A stretch of DNA of 37,624 nucleotides from Acidobacteriota bacterium (GTDB taxonomy: Bacteria; Acidobacteriota; UBA4820; DSQY01): assembly GCA_037384885.1 (NCBI GenBank), contig JARRNO010000066.1:1-37624 (forward strand). The letters run 5' to 3'. The position numbers and the translations under genes were made by a program. Under the pieces are notes generated by a model, which ran no database searches, was not told where the DNA came from, and saw only the letters and a list, made by a program, of their open reading frames with translations. Below are positions 16,981 through 24,495 of the stretch, in pieces. Every line of letters starts with the position of its first letter. Position 1 is the first letter of the stretch.

Positions 16981-18990
16981 TCACTGTTCGATCTGGAACT
17001 CGACAGGGTACGTCAGCTGCGTTTTAACAGGGACGCCGTCCTTTATGGCGGGAGAGTATCGAGTCTTCATGGCGGCTTCAATGCAGGCCTCGTCCAGCCC
17101 GTAATCGGGCTGGGGCCCGCGGATGACTTTGGCGTCTGTCACCCGGCCCTGTTCGTCGATGTCCACGGTAACGTAGACCGTTCCCTCCACTCGGTGCTGG
17201 CGGGCAAGGGACGTATAGCGAACGGAAACGCGCTTGATGACTTTGGGCTTGATGTCCACCTCCCAGATGTGGACGAAAGCTCCGGCTTTCACCTTGGGTT
17301 TCGGCACAGGAGCCTTCATGACAAGCTCGTTGTCGGCGGGAGGCTGCTGGAGGGCAGGACCCGGGGCGGCTGTTTCGTTGGCGGACGCGGAAGGAAGAGC
17401 ATTGGCCCGAGGCGGCTCGGAGGGGGTCCCGGAATCGCCAGCCCCCTTGCCGGCAGCGGCTTCATTGGGCTTCGGCGAAGGAGACGCGGCGGCGTTGCCA
17501 TCCGCCGGTTTCGGCGCGGCGTCTTCTTCTGCGTTCTTTTCTTTCGGAGCGCTCTCTTGCTGCGAACTGAGCTTGGCCAGAAGGGCCTGCTGCTGCCGGC
17601 GCTGATCAGCGATGGTTTGTCTGGCCTTGGCGAGAGCGTCCAGCATCTGCTGCCTCTCCTCTGTCGTTTTGGCATTCGGGAGAGAACCCTCTAGGCGTGT
17701 TTTCTGCTTTTCCGCGGCCGAAAGCTGCTTGGCGAGTTGCTGCTGCTTCTTCTGGAAGTTCTCTCTTTCTTTCGCCATCTGTGCTTCATACTGGGCGCGA
17801 AGCCGGGCCTCCTGAGCCCTCCTGGGCGCGATGACCAAAAACCATACGCCGGCAGCCGCGACAGCGATCACGGCAGCGGCGGCGCCTCCGATCTTCAGCC
17901 ACTTCCCAGCGCTTCCTCCTTCCGAGCCGGCTGCTCCATAGGAGGAGAAGAGCGAGCTCCCGCTTTCCGGGAACTCTCCCGAACGCTGCTTTTCGCCTCC
18001 CCCGGAGGGCGCGGCCTTGGCTGGGGCCTTAAACGGCGGAGCCTTGAGAAAAGGCGTCCGGTTCAGACTCAGGTGCCCGCGGTTTGTCTCGGCCTCCTGC
18101 TCATCCTGGCCCCGGAAAAGGGTATGCATCAGGAAGGCGATATTAAAAGTTGTGGGGCTGTATTCACCGGAGGCAATCAACGCGTCCAGATCGCTTTTCA
18201 TGGCCTGGAGATCGGTGTATGCCCCGGAGTGGTCCGGGTCAAGCCCCTTCCGGACGATCTCCATGATATCCGCCGGGGGCGGCTCCGCCAGTCCCAGACC
18301 CTTCGCGCCCTGCTCGAGGCGGGTCTGGAGATTGATCTGCTCGGGACCTTCGGAGCAAAAGGGCTCATGGCAGATGAACTCAAAAAGCAGCAATGCAAGC
18401 GCCTTGGGGTCCTGCGATGGGCTCAGGGGCTGCCCCTTGGGAAGCGTGGGAGGCAGATAGGCCCGATGGTGCGCGAGGATCGGCGAGCCGGCCAGGGAGG
18501 TGGTGTGGAGGTTTCGTATGGCCGGCGGGAAGAGCCGGACCTCGCCTTCGAAAGTTATCAGCACCTGGTGCGGGGAAAGATGGCCGAGGAATTCTTCCTG
18601 GGTGCCCACGGACACAGCGGCGCCGGCAAGACGTTCCGCCAGGTAGACGGCCTGGTCGGGTGCGAGCGGCACCCCTTCTTCGCGGCAGCGGCCCAGCATC
18701 TGGCCGAGGGTCCGGCCGAGGCGGAACTCACACACGTAGTAAAGCCGGCCGCCCAGTTCGCCGAAGTCGAGAAGGTTCAGGGTGTGGATATCCCGGATTT
18801 CCTTCCAGTGCTGGCAACGTGTCTTAATAAGTGCCACTGCGGCGGCGTCTTCTGAAAGCTCTGGCGAAAACCGGACGAGGAATTTCAGCTCCGGCGGGCC
18901 TTCCAGGTTGACAGCCTTGTACACGATCCCCAGGTCGAAACGCGAGTGCTCTTCGACCAACAGGTATTCGCCCCAGCGTTCCGGCTTCAT
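16981..18990 (-). CDS. membrane-anchored pseudokinase with coiled coil, Pro/Ala-rich spacer and a TonB C-terminal domain
   Basis: The N-terminal roughly 270 aa has a Hanks-kinase-like fold, but the Gly loop, VAIK Lys, HRD Asp and DFG are all absent ([20 protein letters not shown]). One TM helix ([25 protein letters not shown]) is followed by a coiled coil ([28 protein letters not shown]). The C-terminal 85 aa match TonB_C ([27 protein letters not shown]...[11 protein letters not shown]). Confidence 0.8.
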   Translation of the reverse strand: MKPERWGEYLLVEEHSRFDLGIVYKAVNLEGPPELKFLVRFSPELSEDAAAVALIKTRCQHWKEIRDIHTLNLLDFGELGGRLYYVCEFRLGRTLGQMLGRCREEGVPLAPDQAVYLAERLAGAAVSVGTQEEFLGHLSPHQVLITFEGEVRLFPPAIRNLHTTSLAGSPILAHHRAYLPPTLPKGQPLSPSQDPKALALLLFEFICHEPFCSEGPEQINLQTRLEQGAKGLGLAEPPPADIMEIVRKGLDPDHSGAYTDLQAMKSDLDALIASGEYSPTTFNIAFLMHTLFRGQDEQEAETNRGHLSLNRTPFLKAPPFKAPAKAAPSGGGEKQRSGEFPESGSSLFSSYGAAGSEGGSAGKWLKIGGAAAAVIAVAAAGVWFLVIAPRRAQEARLRAQYEAQMAKERENFQKKQQQLAKQLSAAEKQKTRLEGSLPNAKTTEERQQMLDALAKARQTIADQRRQQQALLAKLSSQQESAPKEKNAEEDAAPKPADGNAAASPSPKPNEAAAGKGAGDSGTPSEPPRANALPSASANETAAPGPALQQPPADNELVMKAPVPKPKVKAGAFVHIWEVDIKPKVIKRVSVRYTSLARQHRVEGTVYVTVDIDEQGRVTDAKVIRGPQPDYGLDEACIEAAMKTRYSPAIKDGVPVKTQLTYPVEFQIEQ

Positions 18991-19019
18991 TACAGGCCCT
19001 CTTCAAAAGACACGGCCAG

Positions 19020-19047
19020 TTTAAACAGACCCGGCCGGTCCTGTCAA
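19020..19047 (-). promoter_or_regulatory. candidate sigma70 promoter of the pseudokinase-glnA operon
   Basis: On the minus strand, TTGACA (19047-19042), a 16-nt spacer, then TTTAAA (19025-19020). This lies about 30 nt upstream of the ATG at 18990 and downstream of terminator B. Confidence 0.45.
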
Positions 19048-19136
19048 TCGGGCCTGGCCCCGGCGGGAAGGACGATTCGAGGAATACCATCGAACCCTTC
19101 GGCATGGTTTGCGCCGGACCCGCACGGGGGGCGGGG

Positions 19137-19202
19137 ACAAAAAAAGAGAACGGGAGCTGGGGAGCTCCCGTTCAATAAGGGATGGGAGGGGTGTTCTGCC
19201 GA
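19137..19202 (-). ncRNA. candidate sigma54-dependent small RNA B (about 65 nt)
   Basis: The predicted start is about 12 nt downstream of the -12 GC at 19214-19215. The G-poor 5' part is ..GAACACCCCUCCCAUCCCUUAUU. It ends in a perfect 11-bp hairpin GAACGGGAGCU-CCCC-AGCUCCCGUUC (19148-19173) followed by UCUUUUUUU. There is no start codon or ORF. Confidence 0.6.
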
Positions 19203-19213
19203 CTCTTACTAAA

Positions 19214-19228
19214 GCAACATGCGTGCCA
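19214..19228 (-). promoter_or_regulatory. sigma54 -24/-12 promoter B
   Basis: The minus strand reads TTGGCACGCATGTTGCTT. This matches the consensus YTGGCACG-N4-TTGCW with correct GG/GC spacing. Confidence 0.7.
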
Positions 19229-19270
19229 ATTATTACGTCCTTTAAATTCAGTGACTTAGCGCTTTTGGGG

Positions 19271-19318
19271 GGCATGCCGTTTTGGCGCACTACGTGCCAT
19301 TATGGCGCACATGGCGCC
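19271..19318. promoter_or_regulatory. tandem 20-bp imperfect dyads, candidate enhancer-binding-protein sites
   Basis: The plus strand reads ggcatgccgttttggcgcac / tacgtgccattatggcgcac (15 of 20 identical), plus a third partial atggcgcc. On the minus strand these read GTGCGCCA-WAA-YGGCAYG, resembling the NtrC-type TGCACCA-N3-TGGTGCA. They sit 45-90 bp upstream of promoter B, and an AT-rich tract (19229-19255) lies between. Confidence 0.45.
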
Positions 19319-19388
19319 GGGACGGCAGGTGTGTCGAAAAGGTCTCACTTGCCGCCGCTTGAAAATTTGCCTTGGACCCGTCCAGTTC

Positions 19389-19439
19389 AAAGAAAAAGCC
19401 CCTTTCGGGGCTATAAGGAGGAATGGAGGGGGTATGAGG
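19389..19439 (-). ncRNA. candidate sigma54-dependent small RNA A (about 50 nt)
   Basis: The predicted start is about 12 nt downstream of the -12 GC at 19451-19452. The sequence is GCCUCAUACCCCCUCCAUUCCUCCUUAUAG, then hairpin AGCCCC-GAAA-GGGGCU (19397-19412), then UUUUCUUU. There is no ORF. Confidence 0.6.
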
Positions 19440-19449
19440 CAATATATTA

Positions 19450-19465
19450 TGCAAGCCGTGTGCCA
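19450..19465 (-). promoter_or_regulatory. sigma54 -24/-12 promoter A
   Basis: The minus strand reads CTGGCACACGGCTTGCAT, a near-perfect TGGCAC-N5-TTGCA. Confidence 0.7.
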
Positions 19466-19509
19466 GAAACGTGATTCCTGCCCCTTCGCAAACGCCGCGA
19501 TTCGCCCTG

Positions 19510-19518
19510 TGGTATACT
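19510..19518 (+). promoter_or_regulatory. possible extended -10 element for pyrK
   Basis: TGgTATACT lies 16 nt upstream of the pyrK ATG. There is no convincing -35, and it would give a very short leader. Confidence 0.25.
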
Positions 19519-19533
19519 CCCAACGGAGGTTGC

Positions 19534-20310
19534 ATGGCCCTTAAGACATTTCAGGTGACGGAAAACCGCGTGCAAGGTTCCTACGCCGCCATTACGGCTG
19601 AAGGGCCCGTCAGTCCTGCACTTCCAGGCCAGTTCTACATGTTGAGAGGAGACTGGGGCGCCGATCCTCTCTTAAGCCGTCCTGTGTCTATTTTGGCGCA
19701 AGACGTGTCATCTCGACAGATTCGCTTCCTGATAAAGGTGTTCGGTGAGGGCTCGCGCCGGCTGGCGTCGCTGAAGCCCGGCGAGCTGCTCTACGGGACG
19801 GGACCCTTCGGGAATACGTTTCCAGTGGATTTTCTTTCGCCGGAAGATCGTGTCCTGCTGGTGGGCGGCGGGGTGGGCATGCCGCCCATCGTCTACTTGG
19901 CGGAATCCACGAAAGCGATGGGAGTATCCCCCGTCGTTCTTCAGGGGGGGCGCACTGAAAAGGATCTCGTCCTGCTGGAGGAGCTGGCCGGCCTGAAGAT
20001 CGATCCGGTCCTGGCCACCGAAGACGGCAGCCGTGGCCGTAAGGGCCGGGTGACCGTCCTCCTGGAAGAGGCTCTGAAAGATGCGCCACGTGTGGTCTAT
20101 GCCTGCGGTCCGGAAGGCATGTTGCAGGCCGTGGCGGACGTTTGCCGCGGCAGAGTGGCCTGCTACCTGAGCCTGGAAGCCTACATGGCTTGCGGCTATG
20201 GCGTCTGCCTCGGTTGCGTCGTGTCCGTGCGGCAGGAGGAGGGAGGCCGCTACCGCCGTGTATGCAAGGAAGGGCCCGTCTTTTCGGCGGAGGATCTGAC
20301 ATGGCGGTAG
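19534..20310 (+). CDS. pyrK: dihydroorotate dehydrogenase B electron-transfer subunit
   Basis: 258 aa from the ATG at 19534 (GGAGG upstream). FNR-like fold (PGQFYMLR, RPVSI, GPFGN, LVGGGVGMPP) and a C-terminal 2Fe-2S motif (CGYGVCLGCVV...CKEGPVF). Confidence 0.9.
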   Translation: MALKTFQVTENRVQGSYAAITAEGPVSPALPGQFYMLRGDWGADPLLSRPVSILAQDVSSRQIRFLIKVFGEGSRRLASLKPGELLYGTGPFGNTFPVDFLSPEDRVLLVGGGVGMPPIVYLAESTKAMGVSPVVLQGGRTEKDLVLLEELAGLKIDPVLATEDGSRGRKGRVTVLLEEALKDAPRVVYACGPEGMLQAVADVCRGRVACYLSLEAYMACGYGVCLGCVVSVRQEEGGRYRRVCKEGPVFSAEDLTWR

Positions 20311-21248
20311 AGATGTCGGTAAAGATCGGCGCCGTCCGTCTCTCCAACCCGGTGCTTCTGGCCTCCGGCTGTTGCGGCTACGGACTTGACATGGAATCCC
20401 ACCTCGACCTCAACGCCGTGGGCGGGGTTTGCCTGAAAGGACTGTCCATGTCCGGGAGCGAGGGGAATCCCCCGCCCCGTATCTGCGAAACACCGGCAGG
20501 CATGTTGAACTCCATCGGACTCCAGAACGTGGGTGTGCCGGAGTTTAGGCGCACATATGCGCCGAAGCTCCGGAAATACCGGACGGCCTTTATTGCGAAC
20601 TTTTATGGGCATACGGTGGAAGAGTACGTCGCCGCCGCCCGGGCCCTTGACGAAGAACCTGTGGTGGCGGCCCTTGAGATGAATATATCCTGTCCCAACA
20701 TCAGGCAGGGCGGCATTTCCTTTGGAACGGATCCCAGGTCGGTTCACGAAGTTACGGCGGCCTGTCGGCGTGTGTGCGGCAAGCCTCTCTGGGTCAAGTT
20801 GAGTCCGAACGTCACCGACATCACGGTGACCGCGCGGGCCGCACAGGACGCGGGCGCGGATGCCCTGACCTGCATCAATACGCTCCCGGGCATGGCGATC
20901 GATGTGGAACGGCGGACGTTCAAGATCAACACGAAGACAGGAGGGCTGTCGGGCCCGGCCTTAAGACCGGTGGCCGTCCGAATGGTTTACCAGGTGGCTC
21001 AGGCCGTAAAAATCCCCGTAGTGGGAATCGGCGGCATCTCCAAGGCTTCCGATGCGCTTGAATTCCTGTTGGCAGGCGCGCAGGCGGTGCAGGTAGGCAC
21101 GGCGCTCTTTACCAACCCTCAAGCGCCGCTGGATATTCTCGAGGGTATTGAAGATTACTGTTCGAGACACGGATTCGGCGCGGCAGGCGACCTGTCCGGT
21201 GCCGTCGAGGACGACCGAAGTCCCCGGCGCGGACCCGTCTGCAGCTGA
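20301..21248 (+). CDS. pyrD: dihydroorotate dehydrogenase B catalytic subunit
   Basis: 315 aa. Contains NPVLLASGCCGYG, LNSIGLQNVG, LEMNISCPN, PLWVKLSPNV, INTKTGGLSGPALRPVA and VGIGGI. Overlaps the pyrK 3' end by 10 nt. Confidence 0.93.
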   Translation: MAVEMSVKIGAVRLSNPVLLASGCCGYGLDMESHLDLNAVGGVCLKGLSMSGSEGNPPPRICETPAGMLNSIGLQNVGVPEFRRTYAPKLRKYRTAFIANFYGHTVEEYVAAARALDEEPVVAALEMNISCPNIRQGGISFGTDPRSVHEVTAACRRVCGKPLWVKLSPNVTDITVTARAAQDAGADALTCINTLPGMAIDVERRTFKINTKTGGLSGPALRPVAVRMVYQVAQAVKIPVVGIGGISKASDALEFLLAGAQAVQVGTALFTNPQAPLDILEGIEDYCSRHGFGAAGDLSGAVEDDRSPRRGPVCS

Positions 21249-21312
21249 AACGTCTTCCCGCTTCGCTCATGCTTTTCATCGGACGAGGCGGCGGTTATGC
21301 GGGAGAACAACC

Positions 21313-22023
21313 ATGGCGGAACTGATCATCGCACTTGATACGAGCGATCCTTATCAAGTTGAAGATCTCATGAAGGCCCTCAAAGGTAGAAAGGTCTGGA
21401 TCAAGTTGGGCCTCGAGGCATTGAGCGCATTCGGATACCAGGTGATCGAGCGGATCGCCGAGCAGGACTTCAAGGTCTTTTCCGACACGAAGTTCCACGA
21501 CATTCCCAACACGGTGGGTGCGGCGACCCGCGTGCTTTGCGGCATGGGGCCGTCCATGTTCACGGTCCACTGCGCCGGCGGGGCGGCCATGATCCGGGCC
21601 GCGAGAAAGGAATCGGCCGAAGAAGCCGCTCGCCACGCGCTCCGGCGGCCCCTGGTTGTGGGGGTGACCGTTCTCACGAGTCTCTCGCAAGACGATTTTA
21701 GAACGGTGGGGTTTGAAGGGACCCCGGTTGATGCGGCCTTGGCCATGGCGAAAATGGGAAAGGACAGCGGCCTGGACGGGGTGGTCTGTTCCGTTCACGA
21801 GGCCCCCGCCATTCGAAAGGCGATGGGGCGCGACTTTCTCATCGTCTGCCCCGGAATCCGGCCGCGCGATGCGTCGGTGCAGGATCAAAAGCGGGTGGCA
21901 ACGCCTTCGGAGGCGATCCGGGCCGGGGCCAATTTTCTCGTCGTCGGACGGCCGGTTACCCAATCCGATTCACCGGGGGAGGCCTGCGACCGCATCTTGG
22001 AAGAAATGCGCCGGGTGGAATAA
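21313..22023 (+). CDS. pyrF: orotidine-5'-phosphate decarboxylase
   Basis: 236 aa. Contains LIIALD, WIKLGLE, KVFSDTKFHDIPNTV, PGIRP and FLVVGRPVT. Confidence 0.92.
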   Translation: MAELIIALDTSDPYQVEDLMKALKGRKVWIKLGLEALSAFGYQVIERIAEQDFKVFSDTKFHDIPNTVGAATRVLCGMGPSMFTVHCAGGAAMIRAARKESAEEAARHALRRPLVVGVTVLTSLSQDDFRTVGFEGTPVDAALAMAKMGKDSGLDGVVCSVHEAPAIRKAMGRDFLIVCPGIRPRDASVQDQKRVATPSEAIRAGANFLVVGRPVTQSDSPGEACDRILEEMRRVE

Positions 22024-22047
22024 TGCTCTCCGGCCCGTCAAGTCGCA

Positions 22048-23184
22048 ATGGCGGAAGGCCCGGAGTCGTTCATTGAAGCGCGTGGAGGCATTCGAAGGAA
22101 GGTTCTGCCCGCCGGTCCGGAATCAAGTTCCGGGCATATCCAAGCCTCCAACCATGTTGTCCCAATAGAGACTGCAATGAAGGACATCGGGGATCAGGAG
22201 GAGGCCTTGACTATTCTATCAACTCTCAAGTCCAGGTATTACGTATCCGACGAAAGGGACCCGCTCCCCGTCAAGGCGTTTCGCCGCTTGACGAGCCGCA
22301 AGGTTCCGTCCTTTCCCAGAACGGTCCAGATTCAGACCCAGACGGGCTGCAACGCTGCATGTGTCTTTTGTCCCTACCCCGACACGGTGGACACCCAGCC
22401 CAAAGGCCGGATGCCGCCTGAGCTGTTCGAGCAGATTATCGACGAGATCGCGAGGCACGGCGTGCGCCGGATTTCGCCTTACCTGATGAACGAGCCTTTC
22501 CTCGACCGCGGAATCATCGAAAAGATGCAGTACATCCACAAGAAGATTCCCGATGCGCGCCTGGTTCTGACGACCAACGGATCGCGCCTCACACCGGACC
22601 TTGTGAACCGCCTGGTGGCCCTGGAGTGCATCCACGCCGTCTACATTTCCTTCCAGGGCGTGGAAAAGGAGGGCTACGAGGCTACAATGCGAGGGAGCAT
22701 GGTGTTCGAGAAGACCATGGAAAATGTGCTCCACCTGGCCGACCGTTGGAAGGCCGCCGGAGGACGCGACCGGTTTAAGCTGGTGGTTACCATGGTTGCG
22801 ACAAGGCTGATCGATCCGGAAAAGGCTGTGGCGTTCTGGCGGGAACGGGGCGTGGACAGCAAGTACACCCCCCTGGAAAACCGCGGCGGGAACATCGGGC
22901 TGGCCCGGGACATCAGCCGGAACGGCATGCAGGCTTTTTCCACATGCACCCGCCTTTTCAAACAGGCTTACATCATGTTCAACGGGGACATGGTGCTCTG
23001 CTGCACCGATTACAGCCGCGAAGAGGTGCTGGGGAACATCAGGGGTTCCTCCATCGAGGCCGTTTGGAACTCACCCCGCGCCGTTCAGATCCGGCGGGAC
23101 TATACGCACGGCCGTTTCGACCGGCTGCCTCTCTGCTCCAAATGCGAAATCGCCGACAGCACGGGCGACGAAGAATTCGAATAG
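22048..23184 (+). CDS. radical SAM protein with a SPASM/twitch-type Cys-rich C-terminal domain
   Basis: CX3CX2C motif (GCNAACVFCPY) and a C-terminal Cys cluster (CTRLF...LCCTDY...LCSKCEI). The start is uncertain: ATG at 22048 or ATG at 22177, neither with a good SD. Confidence 0.75.
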   Translation: MAEGPESFIEARGGIRRKVLPAGPESSSGHIQASNHVVPIETAMKDIGDQEEALTILSTLKSRYYVSDERDPLPVKAFRRLTSRKVPSFPRTVQIQTQTGCNAACVFCPYPDTVDTQPKGRMPPELFEQIIDEIARHGVRRISPYLMNEPFLDRGIIEKMQYIHKKIPDARLVLTTNGSRLTPDLVNRLVALECIHAVYISFQGVEKEGYEATMRGSMVFEKTMENVLHLADRWKAAGGRDRFKLVVTMVATRLIDPEKAVAFWRERGVDSKYTPLENRGGNIGLARDISRNGMQAFSTCTRLFKQAYIMFNGDMVLCCTDYSREEVLGNIRGSSIEAVWNSPRAVQIRRDYTHGRFDRLPLCSKCEIADSTGDEEFE

Positions 23185-23203
23185 ACGCCGGCTCCTCCCG
23201 TCT

Positions 23204-24238
23204 TCACCTCTGCCCTTTACCGAATGAATAAGACCGCCCCCGCCAGACGATGCCACGCCTTCTGAAGCGGAGCAGGGACCGGAACTGGATCCAGGCCCAG
23301 AGCAGGGTCCGGACTGGGAAGATGAGGGCGGTCCACCAAGGCTGGCGGGACCATGCAGCCATAAAGGAATTGCAGATCACTCCGAGGGAGACGGACACCA
23401 GCAGGGGAGCGCCGAGCACGGCCGGTTGACGAGACAGGCTGAGAACCAAGGGCAGGGCGGCGGCCGGCAGAACATGCACCAGGATGTCCAGGGCGCTTCC
23501 GGCAAGGGCGAAAAGCGGGTTTCTCCGGAAGGCGGAATACATGTTTTTGGTAAAGCCCTCGATGCTGGCGCGAAACGATGGATACATCCTTACGGCGACG
23601 TTCCTGTAGGCCGTGACGACTTTGACCCGGAAACCGGCGCCGCGTATCGCCCGCGCCAGGGCGACGTCGTCCACGACCTCGGCCTTCACAGCCTCCAGGC
23701 CGCCTGCGCCCTAAAGGACAAGCGGTTCCAGACCGCGGCCTTCGAGAAGGCCAAGGACCGCGGCCATATCGGCGTTTTCCCTTTTCATGAAGGCGGCCAG
23801 CCTGCGGTGAGACCCCGGAGCGTAACGCACGTCTGCGTCCGCAAAGAGAACCAGCTCGCCGCTCGTGCGGGACAGGGCCTGGGCCTGGGCGTTGGGCTTG
23901 CCGAGCCATCCGGGAGGAGGTTCAGTCCCGCGCACGATCTTCAGCCGGGCGAATTCCCGGGAGAGGGCTTCCAGAATTCCAGGGGTCCTGTCGGTGGAGC
24001 CGTCGTCGCACACGACGACCTCGAGGCCGGGATAATCTTGTTCGAGGTGCGACCTGAGGGCCGCCTCCACACCGGCCTCTTCGTTCCGGGCGGGAACGAC
24101 GACGCTCAGCGTGGGAGGGTTCTCTTCCCCGGCAAAGGTTTCGAGCCTGGGGACGAGAGCATGGTTCAGGAGCGACTGGACGAAGGCTAAGCACCACCAG
24201 GCCGCGATCCCCCAGGCCAACACGGTCAGCCACATCAT
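23204..24238 (-). pseudogene. membrane GT2 glycosyltransferase interrupted by an in-frame TAG
   Basis: ORFs 23711..24238 (VVVPARNEE, VVCDDGSTD, GWLGKPNA, LFADADV) and 23204..23689 (VVDDVALARAI, VRMY, C-terminal TM helices) are in the same frame. They are separated only by TAG at 23711-23713 plus 7 codons. The DAD-to-DDxxLA spacing (about 55 aa) looks shorter than I expect for this family. Confidence 0.65.
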
Positions 24239-24495
24239 CGGATGGCCATCATAGCATGCAAACCGTGGACGAATGCACTTCTCAGCAAGCCCGCAGCGTT
24301 GTCAGAAACGAGGAAGGAGGGAAGTGGAGAGGGCGCCGTTTGGGCGCCTGAAGCATCCTCCGCCCGTCAAAATGCGAAGTGCGCATCGGTGGGCATTTCA
24401 ACTCAGAATTGCCCGGCTCCGTTCTCTCCCGTTCTCTACGAAACTTAAACCGGGGCGTCCGGGATGAGGTGCAATGCGGCACAGGACGGAGGGCT

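Noticed and set aside
19283-19318. Plus-strand TGGCGCACTACGTGCC and TGGCGCACATGGCGCC, which have sigma54-like GG/GC spacing
   Set aside because: The -12 regions lack TTGC, and there is no downstream gene or terminator in a sensible position. They are better explained as the mirror image of the dyad repeats proposed as EBP sites.
19021-19535. Track ORFs 19021..19290 (89 aa) and 19290..19535 (81 aa) on the minus strand of the intergenic gap
   Set aside because: Both read straight through intrinsic terminator hairpins and promoter elements. They have no RBS and a junk-like composition.
19434-19544. 36-aa plus-strand ORF (MRQYIMQAVCQKRDSCPF...) that begins after AAGGAGG and runs into the pyrK start. 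It could be read as a pyr leader peptide.
   Set aside because: The SD spacing is poor (12 nt from AAGGAGG, or 2 nt from GGAGGGGG). Its sequence is the antisense of a near-perfect sigma54 promoter and of the sRNA-A seed, and the minus-strand promoter-plus-terminator reading explains more of the signals. It cannot be fully excluded without Ribo-seq.
23711-23713. Reading the in-frame TAG of the GT2 gene as pyrrolysine or a reassigned codon
   Set aside because: TAG is used as an ordinary stop by coaBC, pyrK and glnA in this same window. No pyl genes or PYLIS-like context are visible.
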